A DNA stretch of 64,000 nucleotides. Source: Burkholderiales bacterium. GTDB lineage: Bacteria; Pseudomonadota; Gammaproteobacteria; Burkholderiales; Burkholderiaceae_C. Both the position numbers and the translations under genes were made by a program. A model generated the notes under the pieces. It was not told where the DNA came from, did not search any database, and saw only the letters and a list, made by a program, of their open reading frames with translations. Below, in pieces: positions 20,077-30,262 of this stretch (its first letter is position 1; each line of letters starts with the position of its first letter). The stretch spans positions 182-64,181 of the forward strand of contig CANBTT010000011.1 of assembly GCA_947372465.1 (NCBI GenBank), given 5' to 3'.

Positions 20077-20946
20077 ATGAGACACGTCAAATTAGAGAGC
20101 AAGAGCCTGTCATGTACAGTTGATGCTGAAAGAGGCGCAAGAATCATTCGATTAAGCATTCAGGGCGAGGACGTTTTCAAGTTCAACGAAAACAAGAACC
20201 CCAATGGGCCAGGTGAGGGCGTGCTTGCCTTGATTCCATGTGTGCACCATGCGTCATTGAGCGAGTTGGTTTGGCACGGCACGGGACATCCTGCATTGAA
20301 CACACAAGTCAGCGCCGAGCAATTTGATGGCGGCCTTGGATGGCAAAGTCCGTGGCAAATCTTAGAGCAAGAAGAGGATTGGGTGCTCTTGGGTTTTGAG
20401 CACCGTGCACAGAAAAACTGGCCGTGGTTGTTTGATGCCTCACAAGTTATCCGGGTACATGAAGAGACGCTTTTTTTAACGCTTTCATTGACCAATCAGT
20501 CCAATGTCGCTGCGCCTGCTGGATTGGGTTGGTCCCTGAGTTTTCCAATCGTGCCCAGGGATCAATTAACGATCAAGGCGAAAAGACAGATGGAGTTAAA
20601 CCATCTGGGTGTGAAAGAGCGGGCAATTAAAGAGGTGAAACAAGGCAATTCAAAGAGCAGTGAGGGGTTTGACGGTGCATTGCACGAGCTCTGTGAGGGC
20701 ATCTCTTATGGCGAATGGGATGGAGCGGCGTCTTTAAAAACAGACACGTATCGAGTGTCTTTGCAATCGAATCTTAAGACGATACAAGCTTGTCCGATCG
20801 ATGAGCGAGCGTCATTGCTACTTAAAGCGTTCGATGTTCCCTATGATGTGATGAGGCACGCCGCTGCACCTCAAATGTTGGCGCCTGGTGAGTCAACAAG
20901 TATAGAGATGTGTCTAAAGTTCGAGGGGAGTAAAAATATACACTGA
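20077..20946 (+). CDS. aldose 1-epimerase-fold protein (divergent; catalytic His positions apparently substituted)
   Basis: The WPWLFDASQVIRV...LSLTNQSN...PAGLGWSLSFP pattern parallels the WPW.F.A.Q / N....MP.G.G.HPYF blocks of the bacterial aldose-epimerase-like family. The start is at the ATG after AAAGAAAGG. Confidence 0.55.
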   Translation: MRHVKLESKSLSCTVDAERGARIIRLSIQGEDVFKFNENKNPNGPGEGVLALIPCVHHASLSELVWHGTGHPALNTQVSAEQFDGGLGWQSPWQILEQEEDWVLLGFEHRAQKNWPWLFDASQVIRVHEETLFLTLSLTNQSNVAAPAGLGWSLSFPIVPRDQLTIKAKRQMELNHLGVKERAIKEVKQGNSKSSEGFDGALHELCEGISYGEWDGAASLKTDTYRVSLQSNLKTIQACPIDERASLLLKAFDVPYDVMRHAAAPQMLAPGESTSIEMCLKFEGSKNIH

Positions 20947-20948
20947 AC

Positions 20949-21422
20949 TCATGAGGCAAGTGGTTCAATGTAGCCAAATTGTCTTTTTGACAGGGCCAGG
21001 CCGATGCCCTTAGAGCTACCGAATTCTAAAACGCGCCCAATCAATATGTCGTGATCTCCGGCACTCACGCATTGCTCAATGTGGCAGTCAAACCATGCGA
21101 GAGCATGGGGCAATTTTGTGCGCTGGCTTTTCATGCGTTCAATGGGCTCATCTTTGAATCTCTCAGCTTGTGAGCCTGTAGAGAATTTAATGGCCAAGGC
21201 CTTTTGTTCTAAAGCAAGAACATTGACCAAAAAACCACTGGACTGAGTGAAAGCTCGATTAGAAAATGCCCCCTTTCCAACGCTCCAAAGGACCAATGCA
21301 GGATCCATGGAGACGGTGTTGAAAGAGTTGCAGGTCATGGCCCAGTCTTGATTCTCGAAGTGAGTGGTGACCACGGTCACGCCTGTTGTAAAACAACTCA
21401 TTGCGTCTTTGATGGAGCTCAT
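20949..21422 (-). CDS. flavin reductase-like, FMN-binding domain protein
   Basis: 157 aa. FTTGVTVVTT...MTCNSFNTVSMDPALVLWSV and HDILIGRVLEF are typical of the HpaC/NADH:flavin oxidoreductase family. Confidence 0.8.
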   Translation of the reverse strand: MSSIKDAMSCFTTGVTVVTTHFENQDWAMTCNSFNTVSMDPALVLWSVGKGAFSNRAFTQSSGFLVNVLALEQKALAIKFSTGSQAERFKDEPIERMKSQRTKLPHALAWFDCHIEQCVSAGDHDILIGRVLEFGSSKGIGLALSKRQFGYIEPLAS

Positions 21423-21494
21423 GAATACTCTAGGTGGGAAATGTGTAAAGAAAAGCAGGGCACGTGGTTAAAAGCCCCCTGATGATGAAAAGCA

Positions 21495-21974
21495 TCAAAA
21501 CGGGATGTCGTCATCCATGTCATCAAAGTTTGTTTTTGGCGCTTGCGCAGACGCTTGCATGGGCGCTCTATTGGCCGGTTTAGGCGCGGTATTTTGTTGC
21601 GAATACGCTCCACCTGCGTCCTCGTTGCCGCTCGTGCCTTCTCGGCCGCCTAAGAGTTGCAATTCAGTTGCGATGATATCGACGGTGTTTTTTTCAACAC
21701 CCGCTTGGTCTGTGTATTTGCCGTATTTCAAGCGACCCTCGACATAAATGGGACGGCCTTTTTTGACATATTCACCAGCGATTTCTGCAAGACGATCGTA
21801 AAACGTAATTCTATGCCATTGGGTATCTTCAACCATGTCACCTGTTTCACGGTTTTTCCGTCTGGTGGACGTTGCAATGCTGACGTTGGCAACAGCTTGC
21901 CCAGAAGGCAAGTAACGCACTTCAGGATCTCGACCACAGTTTCCCATCAAGATGACTTTGTTTACAGATGCCAT
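21495..21974 (-). CDS. ssb: single-stranded DNA-binding protein
   Basis: MASVNKVILMGNCGRDPEVRYLPSG OB-fold start, a Gly/Gln-rich linker and the acidic tip DDMDDDIPF. Confidence 0.95.
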   Translation of the reverse strand: MASVNKVILMGNCGRDPEVRYLPSGQAVANVSIATSTRRKNRETGDMVEDTQWHRITFYDRLAEIAGEYVKKGRPIYVEGRLKYGKYTDQAGVEKNTVDIIATELQLLGGREGTSGNEDAGGAYSQQNTAPKPANRAPMQASAQAPKTNFDDMDDDIPF

Positions 21975-22397
21975 GATAAAACTTTCAAAAAATAAAACCG
22001 ATCAAATGAGATGCTTCTCATTGGACTTCATGCAATAGGAGGATGATATCACCTCTAGAAAACCGATCAACACAAGCCCATTGGCGAGGGTCAATTGGCA
22101 TCTTAGGGTGACGCATCAACACGACTCGCCAAAACAAGGCTCAGCAAATGGAAATGATATATCAAAACCCCATCTATCTTACTTTGAAAAACTTGGGCAA
22201 GCGCAGTGAAAAACCCATCAAAAAACAATCGTTTTAGAGCCAAAACAAGACAAGGGGAAAGGGCCTGCGGCTTGCGCTAAAAAGCAAAAAAATGCAAAAA
22301 TATTTGTAAAAACAGGGGTGCGCAAACGCCTGGTGAAAGGACCCACAAGGGGCCAAGTCACAAGTCAAAAACTCAGGGGTGTCGTGTGCCTAGAGGT

Positions 22398-23591
22398 TCA
22401 GCCTTTGTTGCTCGAAGGGTTGGGACAATAGTTCATGTGCCAAGAAACCCCAATCCATAGCAATAAAAGAGCGGCAGCGCCAGCAAAAAGCCCTTCAACG
22501 CCAATGCTTTTCGCAACCCATCCGCCCAGAGCGGCACCTGTAAAAATACCCAAGGATTGAAGCGTGTTGTAGATGCCCAAGGTGGACGCGCGCGCGCGCA
22601 GGGGTGCAATTTTTGAGGCCAAACTGGGTTGACTGGCCTCAAGGATGTTGAAGCCACAAAAAAAGGCAAATAAAAGGATCTCCAAACCCCAGAGCGTAGG
22701 GGTTTGAAAGGCTTCGTACATGAATCCAAACTGAACCATAAAAACCAAAAAAATGGAACCTAAAAACAAGGGTCTCAGCAGCCCTCTCTTCTCTAAAGGA
22801 AAGAGGGTCAGGCCCATGACCAGAAATGACAGCAGCACGGCTGGTAGATAGACCCAACCGTGATCGGCTTTGTCCACGCCTGCCCGAATCAATAAGTCTG
22901 GCACCGACATCCAAGTACCCAGTTGAACGGCGTACAACACAAAAACGCCAAAATAAAGCTTCAACAGGTCGCGAGAAAAAACCAAGGTGCGCAGTTCGCT
23001 CAAAGACAAGTCCGCGGGCTTCAGAAGGTGAAATTCTTCCTGGGGTGTCCAAAAAACAACGACGGCTATGCCAAGGAAAGACAAAAGCAGGGTGATTTCA
23101 AAAATCAACGGCAGGCCACCCCAACGCGATAAAAAGGGACCAATGACCAAAGACAAAGCAAACATCAAGCCAATGCTGGCGCCAATAAGAGCCATGCCTT
23201 TGGTTCTCACCTCATGTCGTGTTTGATCTGCTAAGAGGGCGCTGACTGCAGCGGAAATGGCTCCGCCTCCTTGGATAGCACGGCCAATGGCCAGGCCATG
23301 GACAGAGGTGGCGATGGCGGCAATCCAACTGCCAAGGGCCAAAAGCAAAAGGCCAAAAACAATGACTTTCTTTCTTCCAAAGCGATCAGCGGCCAAGCCA
23401 AAGGGGATTTGTAGCGCCGCTTGAACGAGACCATACATCCCCACGGCAAAGCCAATGGCCACAGCGTCATCACCCCCCGTGTAATTTTTGGCTTCGATGG
23501 CGAAAACAGGCAAGACCATGAAAAGACCAAGCATCCTGAGCCCATAGATACAGGCCAGAGAAAAACTCGCTCGCTTCTCGTCTTGGTTCAT
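22398..23591 (-). CDS. MFS transporter
   Basis: 12-TM profile with the motif-A-like GLAADRFGRKKV. I chose the start at MNQDEKRASFSL... (23591), because the upstream 62 codons of the track ORF look non-coding. Position between ssb and uvrA is a conserved neighbourhood, from recollection. Confidence 0.85.
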   Translation of the reverse strand: MNQDEKRASFSLACIYGLRMLGLFMVLPVFAIEAKNYTGGDDAVAIGFAVGMYGLVQAALQIPFGLAADRFGRKKVIVFGLLLLALGSWIAAIATSVHGLAIGRAIQGGGAISAAVSALLADQTRHEVRTKGMALIGASIGLMFALSLVIGPFLSRWGGLPLIFEITLLLSFLGIAVVVFWTPQEEFHLLKPADLSLSELRTLVFSRDLLKLYFGVFVLYAVQLGTWMSVPDLLIRAGVDKADHGWVYLPAVLLSFLVMGLTLFPLEKRGLLRPLFLGSIFLVFMVQFGFMYEAFQTPTLWGLEILLFAFFCGFNILEASQPSLASKIAPLRARASTLGIYNTLQSLGIFTGAALGGWVAKSIGVEGLFAGAAALLLLWIGVSWHMNYCPNPSSNKG

Positions 23592-23891
23592 TCGATGGGG
23601 GTTGGGAGTCTGGGGTGGTGAAATATCTTGCACTGGGAGACACTCAAAAAAAGAGGAAATCAACAAAATTGTGATTGTCCTCCAATACCGTGGGGTTTGA
23701 GACGAGCAAATATGAAAAATTACCAAAGGAGGGGATTTGGGGGCAAATTCAATGGATAAACATGGATGGCTTCCCACATTGAAATTATCAAGTCGGGGTC
23801 GTTAAAAAGAAGGGAGATAAGTAAACCAGACATGGAATAAATGGGGGAATAAAGTTATCATGTGTGGTTAATTTAAGGAATACATCCTACC

Positions 23892-26800
23892 GTGAATGCA
23901 TCCACTGAAGGGCTCTATTTAGGCCACGCAATTGATCCAAAAAAAATGCCCCATGGCCTCATCAGCATCAGAGGGGCTAGAACACACAATTTAAAAAATA
24001 TTGATCTTGATTTGCCCAGAAACCAGTTGGTGGTGATCACGGGTCTTTCGGGGTCTGGTAAATCCAGTTTGGCCTTTGACACCTTGTATGCAGAGGGCCA
24101 AAGACGCTATGTGGAGAGTTTGTCGGCCTATGCACGGCAGTTTTTGCAGCGCATGGACAAGCCAGACGTGGATTTGATAGAGGGCTTGTCTCCGGCCATC
24201 TCCATTGAGCAAAAGGCAACCAGTCACAATCCTCGCTCAACGGTGGGGACGGTCACCGAAATCCATGATTATTTGAGGCTCTTGTTTGCGAGAGCAGGCA
24301 CCCCTCACTGCCCCGAACATGACTTGCCCTTGCAAGCTCAAACTGTGTCGCAGATGGTTGACACGGTTTTGTCCTTTGAAGCAGAAACCCGCATCATGGT
24401 CTTGGCGCCCATCGCTCGAGAGAAAAAAGGCGAGTTTGCCGATCAACTCATGGCTTTGCAGCAAAAGGGTTTTGTGCGCTTTCGTGTGGGCAAACAAGTG
24501 ATTGAAGCCACAGAATTGCCAAGCTTTAAAAAGACAGAAAAACACGATATAGATGTCGTGATTGACAGACTTAAAGTCAGGGCAGATGCAGCGCAACGCT
24601 TGGCGGAGAGCTTTGAAACTGCCTTGATGGTGGCCTCAGGAAAAGCAATCGTGTTGAATTTGGAAACTTTGGAAGAGAGGAGTTTTAATGCAAAATTTGC
24701 ATGTCCGATTTGTCATTTTTCAATGGGCGAGTTGGAGCCAAAACTTTTCTCCTTCAACTCACCAGCGGGTGCTTGTGAAGCGTGTGAGGGGCTTGGACAT
24801 GAAGAGTTTTTTGACCCCAACAGAGTGGTCGCCTTTCCAAGCCTGAGTTTGGCCAGTGGCGCCATCAAGGGTTGGGATCGAAGAAATGCTTATTTTTTCT
24901 CAATGTTGGAGAGCCTATCCAAGCATTACCAATTCAATATTGAAACACCGTTTGAAAACATCGCGCCAGAAATTCAAGACATCATTTTGCATGGATCGGG
25001 CAGCGAGGAAATTAAGTTCAGTTATGTGATTGATGCAGCAGGAAAGCCGGCGCGAAAAACAAGTAAAAAACATGTTTTTGAAGGCATTTTGGTCAATATG
25101 AAAAGGCGCTACCAAGAAACCGAGTCGGCCTTGGTGCGCGAGGATTTGGGCCGCTATAAAAGCACACGATCATGTGTTGTGTGTGCTGGAGCGAGATTAA
25201 AGCTAGAAGCATTGCATGTAAGGCTTGGAGAGGGCGCGCAAGCAAAGGGTTTGCATGAGGTCAGCCACTTGACATTGGGCGAGTGCTTGAAGTACTTTAA
25301 GGGATTGCATCTTAACGGCGCAAAGGCGGACATCGCTTCAAAAGTGGTCAAAGAAATTCAATCGCGTTTGAAGTTTTTAAACGATGTGGGCTTGAACTAT
25401 TTGAGTCTAGCAAGAAGTGCGGAGACGCTTTCTGGCGGTGAGGCCCAACGCATCCGATTGGCCTCTCAAATCGGATCAGGTCTAACGGGTGTGATGTATG
25501 TGCTGGATGAGCCCAGCATAGGCTTGCATCAAAGAGACAATGATCGATTGATCGACACACTCAAACATTTAAGAGACATCGGTAACTCAGTTTTGGTTGT
25601 CGAGCACGATGAAGACATGATTCGTGCAGCAGACTATTGTGTGGACATGGGGCCAGGTGCAGGTGTGCACGGGGGGCATGTGACAGCACAAGGAACACCT
25701 AGCGAGGTAGAGAAAAATCCGGCCTCACTCACAGGTCGTTATTTAAGTGGGGCCTTAAAAATTGAAGTCCCAGCAAAACGACACGCATGGCTCACGCATC
25801 TAGTGGACGATGTCGGGCAGAGGAAAAAAGCAGTTGAAACGGATACAAAAAAAGGGCTGAAGACAAAACTTCAGGTCTCAAGTACGAAGGGCTATAAAAG
25901 TGTTGTGGTGCCATCACCCTTGGACGAGCAGCCGCACCCCTTTTCAAAATTCTCGAAACCATCACAAACCAATGAAGCGACAGAGCTTGAGGCTGCGCAA
26001 GACAAAAGCGAGGGGCATGTCGTTTCGCCATTGGGCTTGTCTTTGTTCATCAAAGGCGCGAGCGGCAACAATCTACAAGGCATAGACGTCAACATTCCAG
26101 TGGGCCTGATGACCTGTGTGACGGGTGTGTCTGGCTCTGGGAAATCAACCCTGGTCAATGACACATTGTATTTGGCCGCTGCGCAACACTTATACCGTGC
26201 GCATGAGGAGCCAGCGGCGCATGAGCAAATCACGGGCTTAGAACACTTTGATAAAGTCATCAATGTAGATCAGTCACCCATTGGGAGAACACCTAGAAGC
26301 AATCCGGCGACGTACACCGGCATGTTGACCCCAATCAGAGAGTTGTTAGCAGAAATGCCGATGGCAAAAGAAAGAGGATACGGACCAGGACGGTTTTCAT
26401 TCAATGTTGAGGGCGGGCGATGTGAGGCCTGTCAAGGCGACGGTGTGGTCAAGGTAGAAATGCATTTTTTACCTGATATCTATGTCCCGTGCGATGTGTG
26501 TCATGGCAAGCGCTACAACAGAGAAACCTTGGAGGTCACGTACAAAGGTAAAAACATTGCACAAATTTTGGACTTGACGGTAGAGGCGGCCATGGAGAGT
26601 TTGCAGGCGGTCCCAAGTATTGCAAGAAAGTTACAAACTTTGATGGATGTGGGCTTGAGCTATATCAAACTTGGGCAATCGGCGACGACCTTGTCGGGTG
26701 GTGAAGCCCAAAGGGTCAAGCTCGCTTTAGAGCTTTCTAAAAGGGACACGGGACGCACGTTGTACATCTTGGATGAGCCAACCACGGGATTGCATTTTGC

Positions 26801-27035
26801 AGATATAGAGTTGCTGTTGAAGGTGCTTCACAGACTGAGAGATGCGGGCAACACGATTGTGATCATTGAGCACAATTTAGATGTGATCAAAACAGCTGAC
26901 TGGCTCATTGACATGGGCCCAGAGGGTGGCGATCAAGGTGGTCAAATGCTTGGGTGTGGAACGCCTGAACAAATTGCACAAAATGAGCGAAGCTTCACAG
27001 GACACTACCTTAAAAAATTGCTACCTCCGCCGTGA
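23892..27035 (+). CDS. uvrA: excinuclease ABC subunit UvrA
   Basis: Two ABC modules ([24 protein letters not shown], and LSGGEAQR twice) and zinc modules (CPICHF...[14 protein letters not shown]...CDVCHG). GTG start. Confidence 0.95.
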   Translation: MNASTEGLYLGHAIDPKKMPHGLISIRGARTHNLKNIDLDLPRNQLVVITGLSGSGKSSLAFDTLYAEGQRRYVESLSAYARQFLQRMDKPDVDLIEGLSPAISIEQKATSHNPRSTVGTVTEIHDYLRLLFARAGTPHCPEHDLPLQAQTVSQMVDTVLSFEAETRIMVLAPIAREKKGEFADQLMALQQKGFVRFRVGKQVIEATELPSFKKTEKHDIDVVIDRLKVRADAAQRLAESFETALMVASGKAIVLNLETLEERSFNAKFACPICHFSMGELEPKLFSFNSPAGACEACEGLGHEEFFDPNRVVAFPSLSLASGAIKGWDRRNAYFFSMLESLSKHYQFNIETPFENIAPEIQDIILHGSGSEEIKFSYVIDAAGKPARKTSKKHVFEGILVNMKRRYQETESALVREDLGRYKSTRSCVVCAGARLKLEALHVRLGEGAQAKGLHEVSHLTLGECLKYFKGLHLNGAKADIASKVVKEIQSRLKFLNDVGLNYLSLARSAETLSGGEAQRIRLASQIGSGLTGVMYVLDEPSIGLHQRDNDRLIDTLKHLRDIGNSVLVVEHDEDMIRAADYCVDMGPGAGVHGGHVTAQGTPSEVEKNPASLTGRYLSGALKIEVPAKRHAWLTHLVDDVGQRKKAVETDTKKGLKTKLQVSSTKGYKSVVVPSPLDEQPHPFSKFSKPSQTNEATELEAAQDKSEGHVVSPLGLSLFIKGASGNNLQGIDVNIPVGLMTCVTGVSGSGKSTLVNDTLYLAAAQHLYRAHEEPAAHEQITGLEHFDKVINVDQSPIGRTPRSNPATYTGMLTPIRELLAEMPMAKERGYGPGRFSFNVEGGRCEACQGDGVVKVEMHFLPDIYVPCDVCHGKRYNRETLEVTYKGKNIAQILDLTVEAAMESLQAVPSIARKLQTLMDVGLSYIKLGQSATTLSGGEAQRVKLALELSKRDTGRTLYILDEPTTGLHFADIELLLKVLHRLRDAGNTIVIIEHNLDVIKTADWLIDMGPEGGDQGGQMLGCGTPEQIAQNERSFTGHYLKKLLPPP

Positions 27036-27052
27036 GAAGCAAGAGGTGCGGC

Positions 27053-27892
27053 TCAGGCCTGTGAGAGACAGCTTTGCAAAAGATCTCTCGTCTGGATGGC
27101 TTCTTTTCGAGCCGCGCGGGCAAAATCATCGCCTTCAGACGCATAAATAATTGCACGAGAAGAGGTCACAATGACACGGGCATTTTGATGGCTTCGTGCG
27201 GCTTTAACGGTGGCTTGAGCATCCCCCCCTTGCGCGCCGATTCCAGGAATCAAAAGGGGCAAATTGGGAGCCAATGATCGAACGCGCTCAATTTCAGTGG
27301 GGTAGGTGGCACCTACAACAAGGCCAAGTTGCCCGTTCGTGTTCCATGGGCCGTTGGCCAAGCTGGCAATGTGTTCATACAAATGCGGCGTGTGTTCATG
27401 GTTTGCAAGGCGTTGATTTTGCAAATCGTCACCCCCTGGATTGGAGGTGCGACACAAAAGAAAAGCCCCTTTTTTGTGGTGTTTGAGATAGGGGGCAATA
27501 GAGTCAAAGCCCATGAATGGTGAGAGTGTTAAGGCGTCAGCACCGTAGCGTTCAAACGCTTCAATGGCATATTGTTCTGCGGTTGATCCAATGTCGCCAC
27601 GTTTGGCATCCAGAACAACAGGAACATGAGGCGCGACTTCGCGAATATGTTGTATCAAGCGCTCAAGTTGTGCCTCTGCTCTGTGCGAGGAGAAATAAGC
27701 AATTTGCGGCTTAAACGCCATGACCAAATCAGCTGTGGCGTTTACAATTTCAGCACAAAAGTCAAAAATTTTCCGCTCATCGCCTCTCCATTTGAGCGGA
27801 AAGCGGTTGGGCTCGGGGTCCAATCCAACGCACAACATGGACTCGTTTTCGGTATTGGACAAGGTCAACTGATCGATAAAATTCATATTCAA
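27053..27892 (-). CDS. pyrF: orotidine-5'-phosphate decarboxylase, type 2
   Basis: 279 aa with LCVGLDP, the VVLDAKRGDIGST catalytic block and IPGIGAQGG. Confidence 0.9.
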   Translation of the reverse strand: MNMNFIDQLTLSNTENESMLCVGLDPEPNRFPLKWRGDERKIFDFCAEIVNATADLVMAFKPQIAYFSSHRAEAQLERLIQHIREVAPHVPVVLDAKRGDIGSTAEQYAIEAFERYGADALTLSPFMGFDSIAPYLKHHKKGAFLLCRTSNPGGDDLQNQRLANHEHTPHLYEHIASLANGPWNTNGQLGLVVGATYPTEIERVRSLAPNLPLLIPGIGAQGGDAQATVKAARSHQNARVIVTSSRAIIYASEGDDFARAARKEAIQTRDLLQSCLSQA

Positions 27893-27915
27893 ATAAATCT
27901 AAGGTAATGATGTGG

Positions 27916-28857
27916 TCAATGGGTCAATGAATGTGCCAAACAAAAATCAGTCCAAGCATTTGATTTTGTCTCACCAGAGCGCAACATTTGCTCAGGCGCA
28001 TAAGTCACGATCATGGGTGTGTTTTCAAATCGATGTACTTTAGAGCGCAGTCGACCAAGTGGCTCATTGTTGAGTGGGGTGTCCTTGAGCAATGCATGTG
28101 CTGCAGCCAAGCCCATCACCAATAAGAGTTTGGGTTGGAGAAGTTTAATTTGTTGTTTCAAGTGAATCAAACAAGTTTGAGTGGCCACATCGCTTGGGAT
28201 TTGTTGGCCAGGAGCCAGGCACTTGACCGTATGGGTGATGTGATGCGTCACGTGTCGAACACCCTCGGTTTCAGCTGTCTTGGGCCTAGAGCCCAGGTGT
28301 TTAAGTACCGCGTCCAACAAGGATTGACTGTTTTCTGAGAAGGCCACGACAGAGCCGTCGAGCGCTCTTTTGGGAGCGTCTGCCACCATCAGCCAATCAA
28401 TGGCTGTGGATGTTTCTGCAGACTGCGCCATGCAGGTGAATGCAAGGGGCTCTATGTAGCGCAAGGGCGTATGCGTGCCGAGCTCGCAGGACTGACAGCT
28501 TTGGAGGTGTGACTCAAGCATAGACCCGTTCATGCCTTGAACTTGAGAGGCAAGTTCGTGTTGCACACGCTCCCAGTCAAGACTTTTTATCGCTTTGCTC
28601 GAGCTTGAGTTTTTCTCGTTTTTTAAAGAAGTTTCATTGGCAGAAATAGCAATGATGCCGTTGGTCAATGCGTGGCGCGGTTCACCAACAGTCTGCTGAA
28701 TGGGCAAAGGATTGAGCGAATCGAAGGCGCGACGTGTGCTGGCCAGAGTGGGGAGCGCACGCGGCTGAAGCGTTTTGACAGGAGATTTTTTCAGGAAAAG
28801 AGAAATCCCTAATTCCTCAAGAATAGCCTGTTTTTTGGGTGTGAGTTGAAGCTTCAT
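27916..28857 (-). CDS. uracil-DNA glycosylase family-4-like protein with N-terminal extension (catalytic motifs degenerate)
   Basis: The CQSCEL cysteine pair, ...LMVADAPKRALDG... (in place of GEAPG..ED), KCLAPGQQIP and VTYAPEQMLR (in place of HPAYLLR) align with UDG family 4 topology. It is co-directional with rimI and tsaB. Confidence 0.65.
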   Translation of the reverse strand: MKLQLTPKKQAILEELGISLFLKKSPVKTLQPRALPTLASTRRAFDSLNPLPIQQTVGEPRHALTNGIIAISANETSLKNEKNSSSSKAIKSLDWERVQHELASQVQGMNGSMLESHLQSCQSCELGTHTPLRYIEPLAFTCMAQSAETSTAIDWLMVADAPKRALDGSVVAFSENSQSLLDAVLKHLGSRPKTAETEGVRHVTHHITHTVKCLAPGQQIPSDVATQTCLIHLKQQIKLLQPKLLLVMGLAAAHALLKDTPLNNEPLGRLRSKVHRFENTPMIVTYAPEQMLRSGETKSNAWTDFCLAHSLTH

Positions 28858-28866
28858 GAATCTTAT

Positions 28867-29331
28867 TTAAAGTCGATAGCTCATGATGATTGCATCTTCC
28901 CTTTTGTTTGAAGCAAGAGGGTAATAGTTTTTTCTTTCACCAACTTTTCTAAAGCCAAATGTGTCATAAACTTTGAGTGCTCGGACATTGCTTACGCGAA
29001 CCTCTAGCCAAATCCACTGCGCATTGACGGTTTTGGACATCAAGACCAAACTCTCCAACATGTGCAAGCCCAAGCCTTTGTTTTGAAAGGGACTGGCAAC
29101 CGTGAGGTTGAGAAGGTGAACTTCTTGAAAGCCCATCATAGCAACAAAATAGCCTAACAACTCATCCTCGCACATCAACAAATGGCACCAATTGTTGCTT
29201 TTCAAGGCGTCTAAAAAGTTCCCTCGCGTCCAAGGCTTTGCATAAACAGACTGCTCGATTTTTAACAAGTCGTCAAGCGCGTCTTGTGTCAAGCTAACAA
29301 AATGCAAAGGAGAGGGGGTGGATGCAGGCAT
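28867..29331 (-). CDS. rimI: ribosomal-protein-alanine N-acetyltransferase RimI (GNAT)
   Basis: 154 aa with the GNAT acetyl-CoA motif FQNKGLGLHML, directly downstream of tsaB. Confidence 0.85.
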   Translation of the reverse strand: MPASTPSPLHFVSLTQDALDDLLKIEQSVYAKPWTRGNFLDALKSNNWCHLLMCEDELLGYFVAMMGFQEVHLLNLTVASPFQNKGLGLHMLESLVLMSKTVNAQWIWLEVRVSNVRALKVYDTFGFRKVGERKNYYPLASNKREDAIIMSYRL

Positions 29332-29372
29332 GTAAGAACCAATTCACTTGAGCGTTGTCTGGCGCACAAGTG

Positions 29373-30137
29373 TTACAGTTTGCTTGTTTTAGGAGGGCTT
29401 TGCAAGCGGGAATGAAGTCTCTCAAGTGTGGTTTGCGCAACCTTGTCTCGTAAATAAAACGGTGTTGGCAATAAAAAATCACTTTTAGAGACCCATGTGT
29501 TTTCAGGAGAGGAGAAATACAACCTTGCCAGTTCAATCAGGGCATCTGCTCTTGGGCTCAAATGCATCGACTCGTATTTGACGCAAGGGCCTTGCTTTGT
29601 AGAGAGGGTCTCTAGGATGCCAAGGCGTGTGTTTGAGACCACCACAAAAGGAGGGTCTAGGGAAGATTGTGTCCAAGAAACAGGCGCAACAACTTCTTCG
29701 GGGAGGAGCAGTTGAGGCGATTGGATGACTTGCCAGCGCATGTCAATCCACTCATAAGCGCCGACATAAAGTTGCCCCATTCGAGCATCTAAGAGGCATA
29801 GCATTTTGGTGAATTGAGGGGACACCTGTCTTGCAGATTGAGCCAAGGTCAGCAAGGAATCAAACCCCAGTGTTTTGATTTTGGACGCATAAGAAAAGCC
29901 TTGCGCGACCGAACAAGCGGTTCGAAGGCCCGTAAAAGAACCGGGACCTTTGCCATAAAGAATGGCCTCTAAGGTTGAAAATTGCAAGCCAAGTTGAGTC
30001 AAGCCATTCAAACACTCTGGAATTAAAGTGCTTGACGTCAGTGCGCCCCCAGCACTTTCAAAGTGCCACGCATCCAAGTCATTAGAAGCAGCAAGGGACA
30101 GTGTTTCACTGCTGCACTCGATCGCTAAAAAGTTCAT
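29373..30137 (-). CDS. tsaB: tRNA threonylcarbamoyladenosine biosynthesis protein TsaB
   Basis: MNFLAIECSSETLSLAAS start and the GPGSFTGLRTA motif. The ATG at 30137 was chosen over the 45-codon upstream extension of the track ORF. Confidence 0.85.
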   Translation of the reverse strand: MNFLAIECSSETLSLAASNDLDAWHFESAGGALTSSTLIPECLNGLTQLGLQFSTLEAILYGKGPGSFTGLRTACSVAQGFSYASKIKTLGFDSLLTLAQSARQVSPQFTKMLCLLDARMGQLYVGAYEWIDMRWQVIQSPQLLLPEEVVAPVSWTQSSLDPPFVVVSNTRLGILETLSTKQGPCVKYESMHLSPRADALIELARLYFSSPENTWVSKSDFLLPTPFYLRDKVAQTTLERLHSRLQSPPKTSKL

Positions 30138-30262
30138 GGCCCTATTATCTCTCAATGAGAAGACTTTTCTTTTTGCTTGTCTGCATAAAGATGGTTGGGC
30201 ATGGATTTCTCCAGCGCCACAGAGTTCTTGACAGCAGGTGGTTTCTTGTGCAAAGTCCATCC

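Noticed and set aside
23592-23891. An SOS (LexA) box might sit in the uvrA / MFS divergent promoter region, or upstream of ssb.
   Set aside because: No CTGT-N8-ACAG (beta/gamma-proteobacterial LexA) motif is present in either region by eye.
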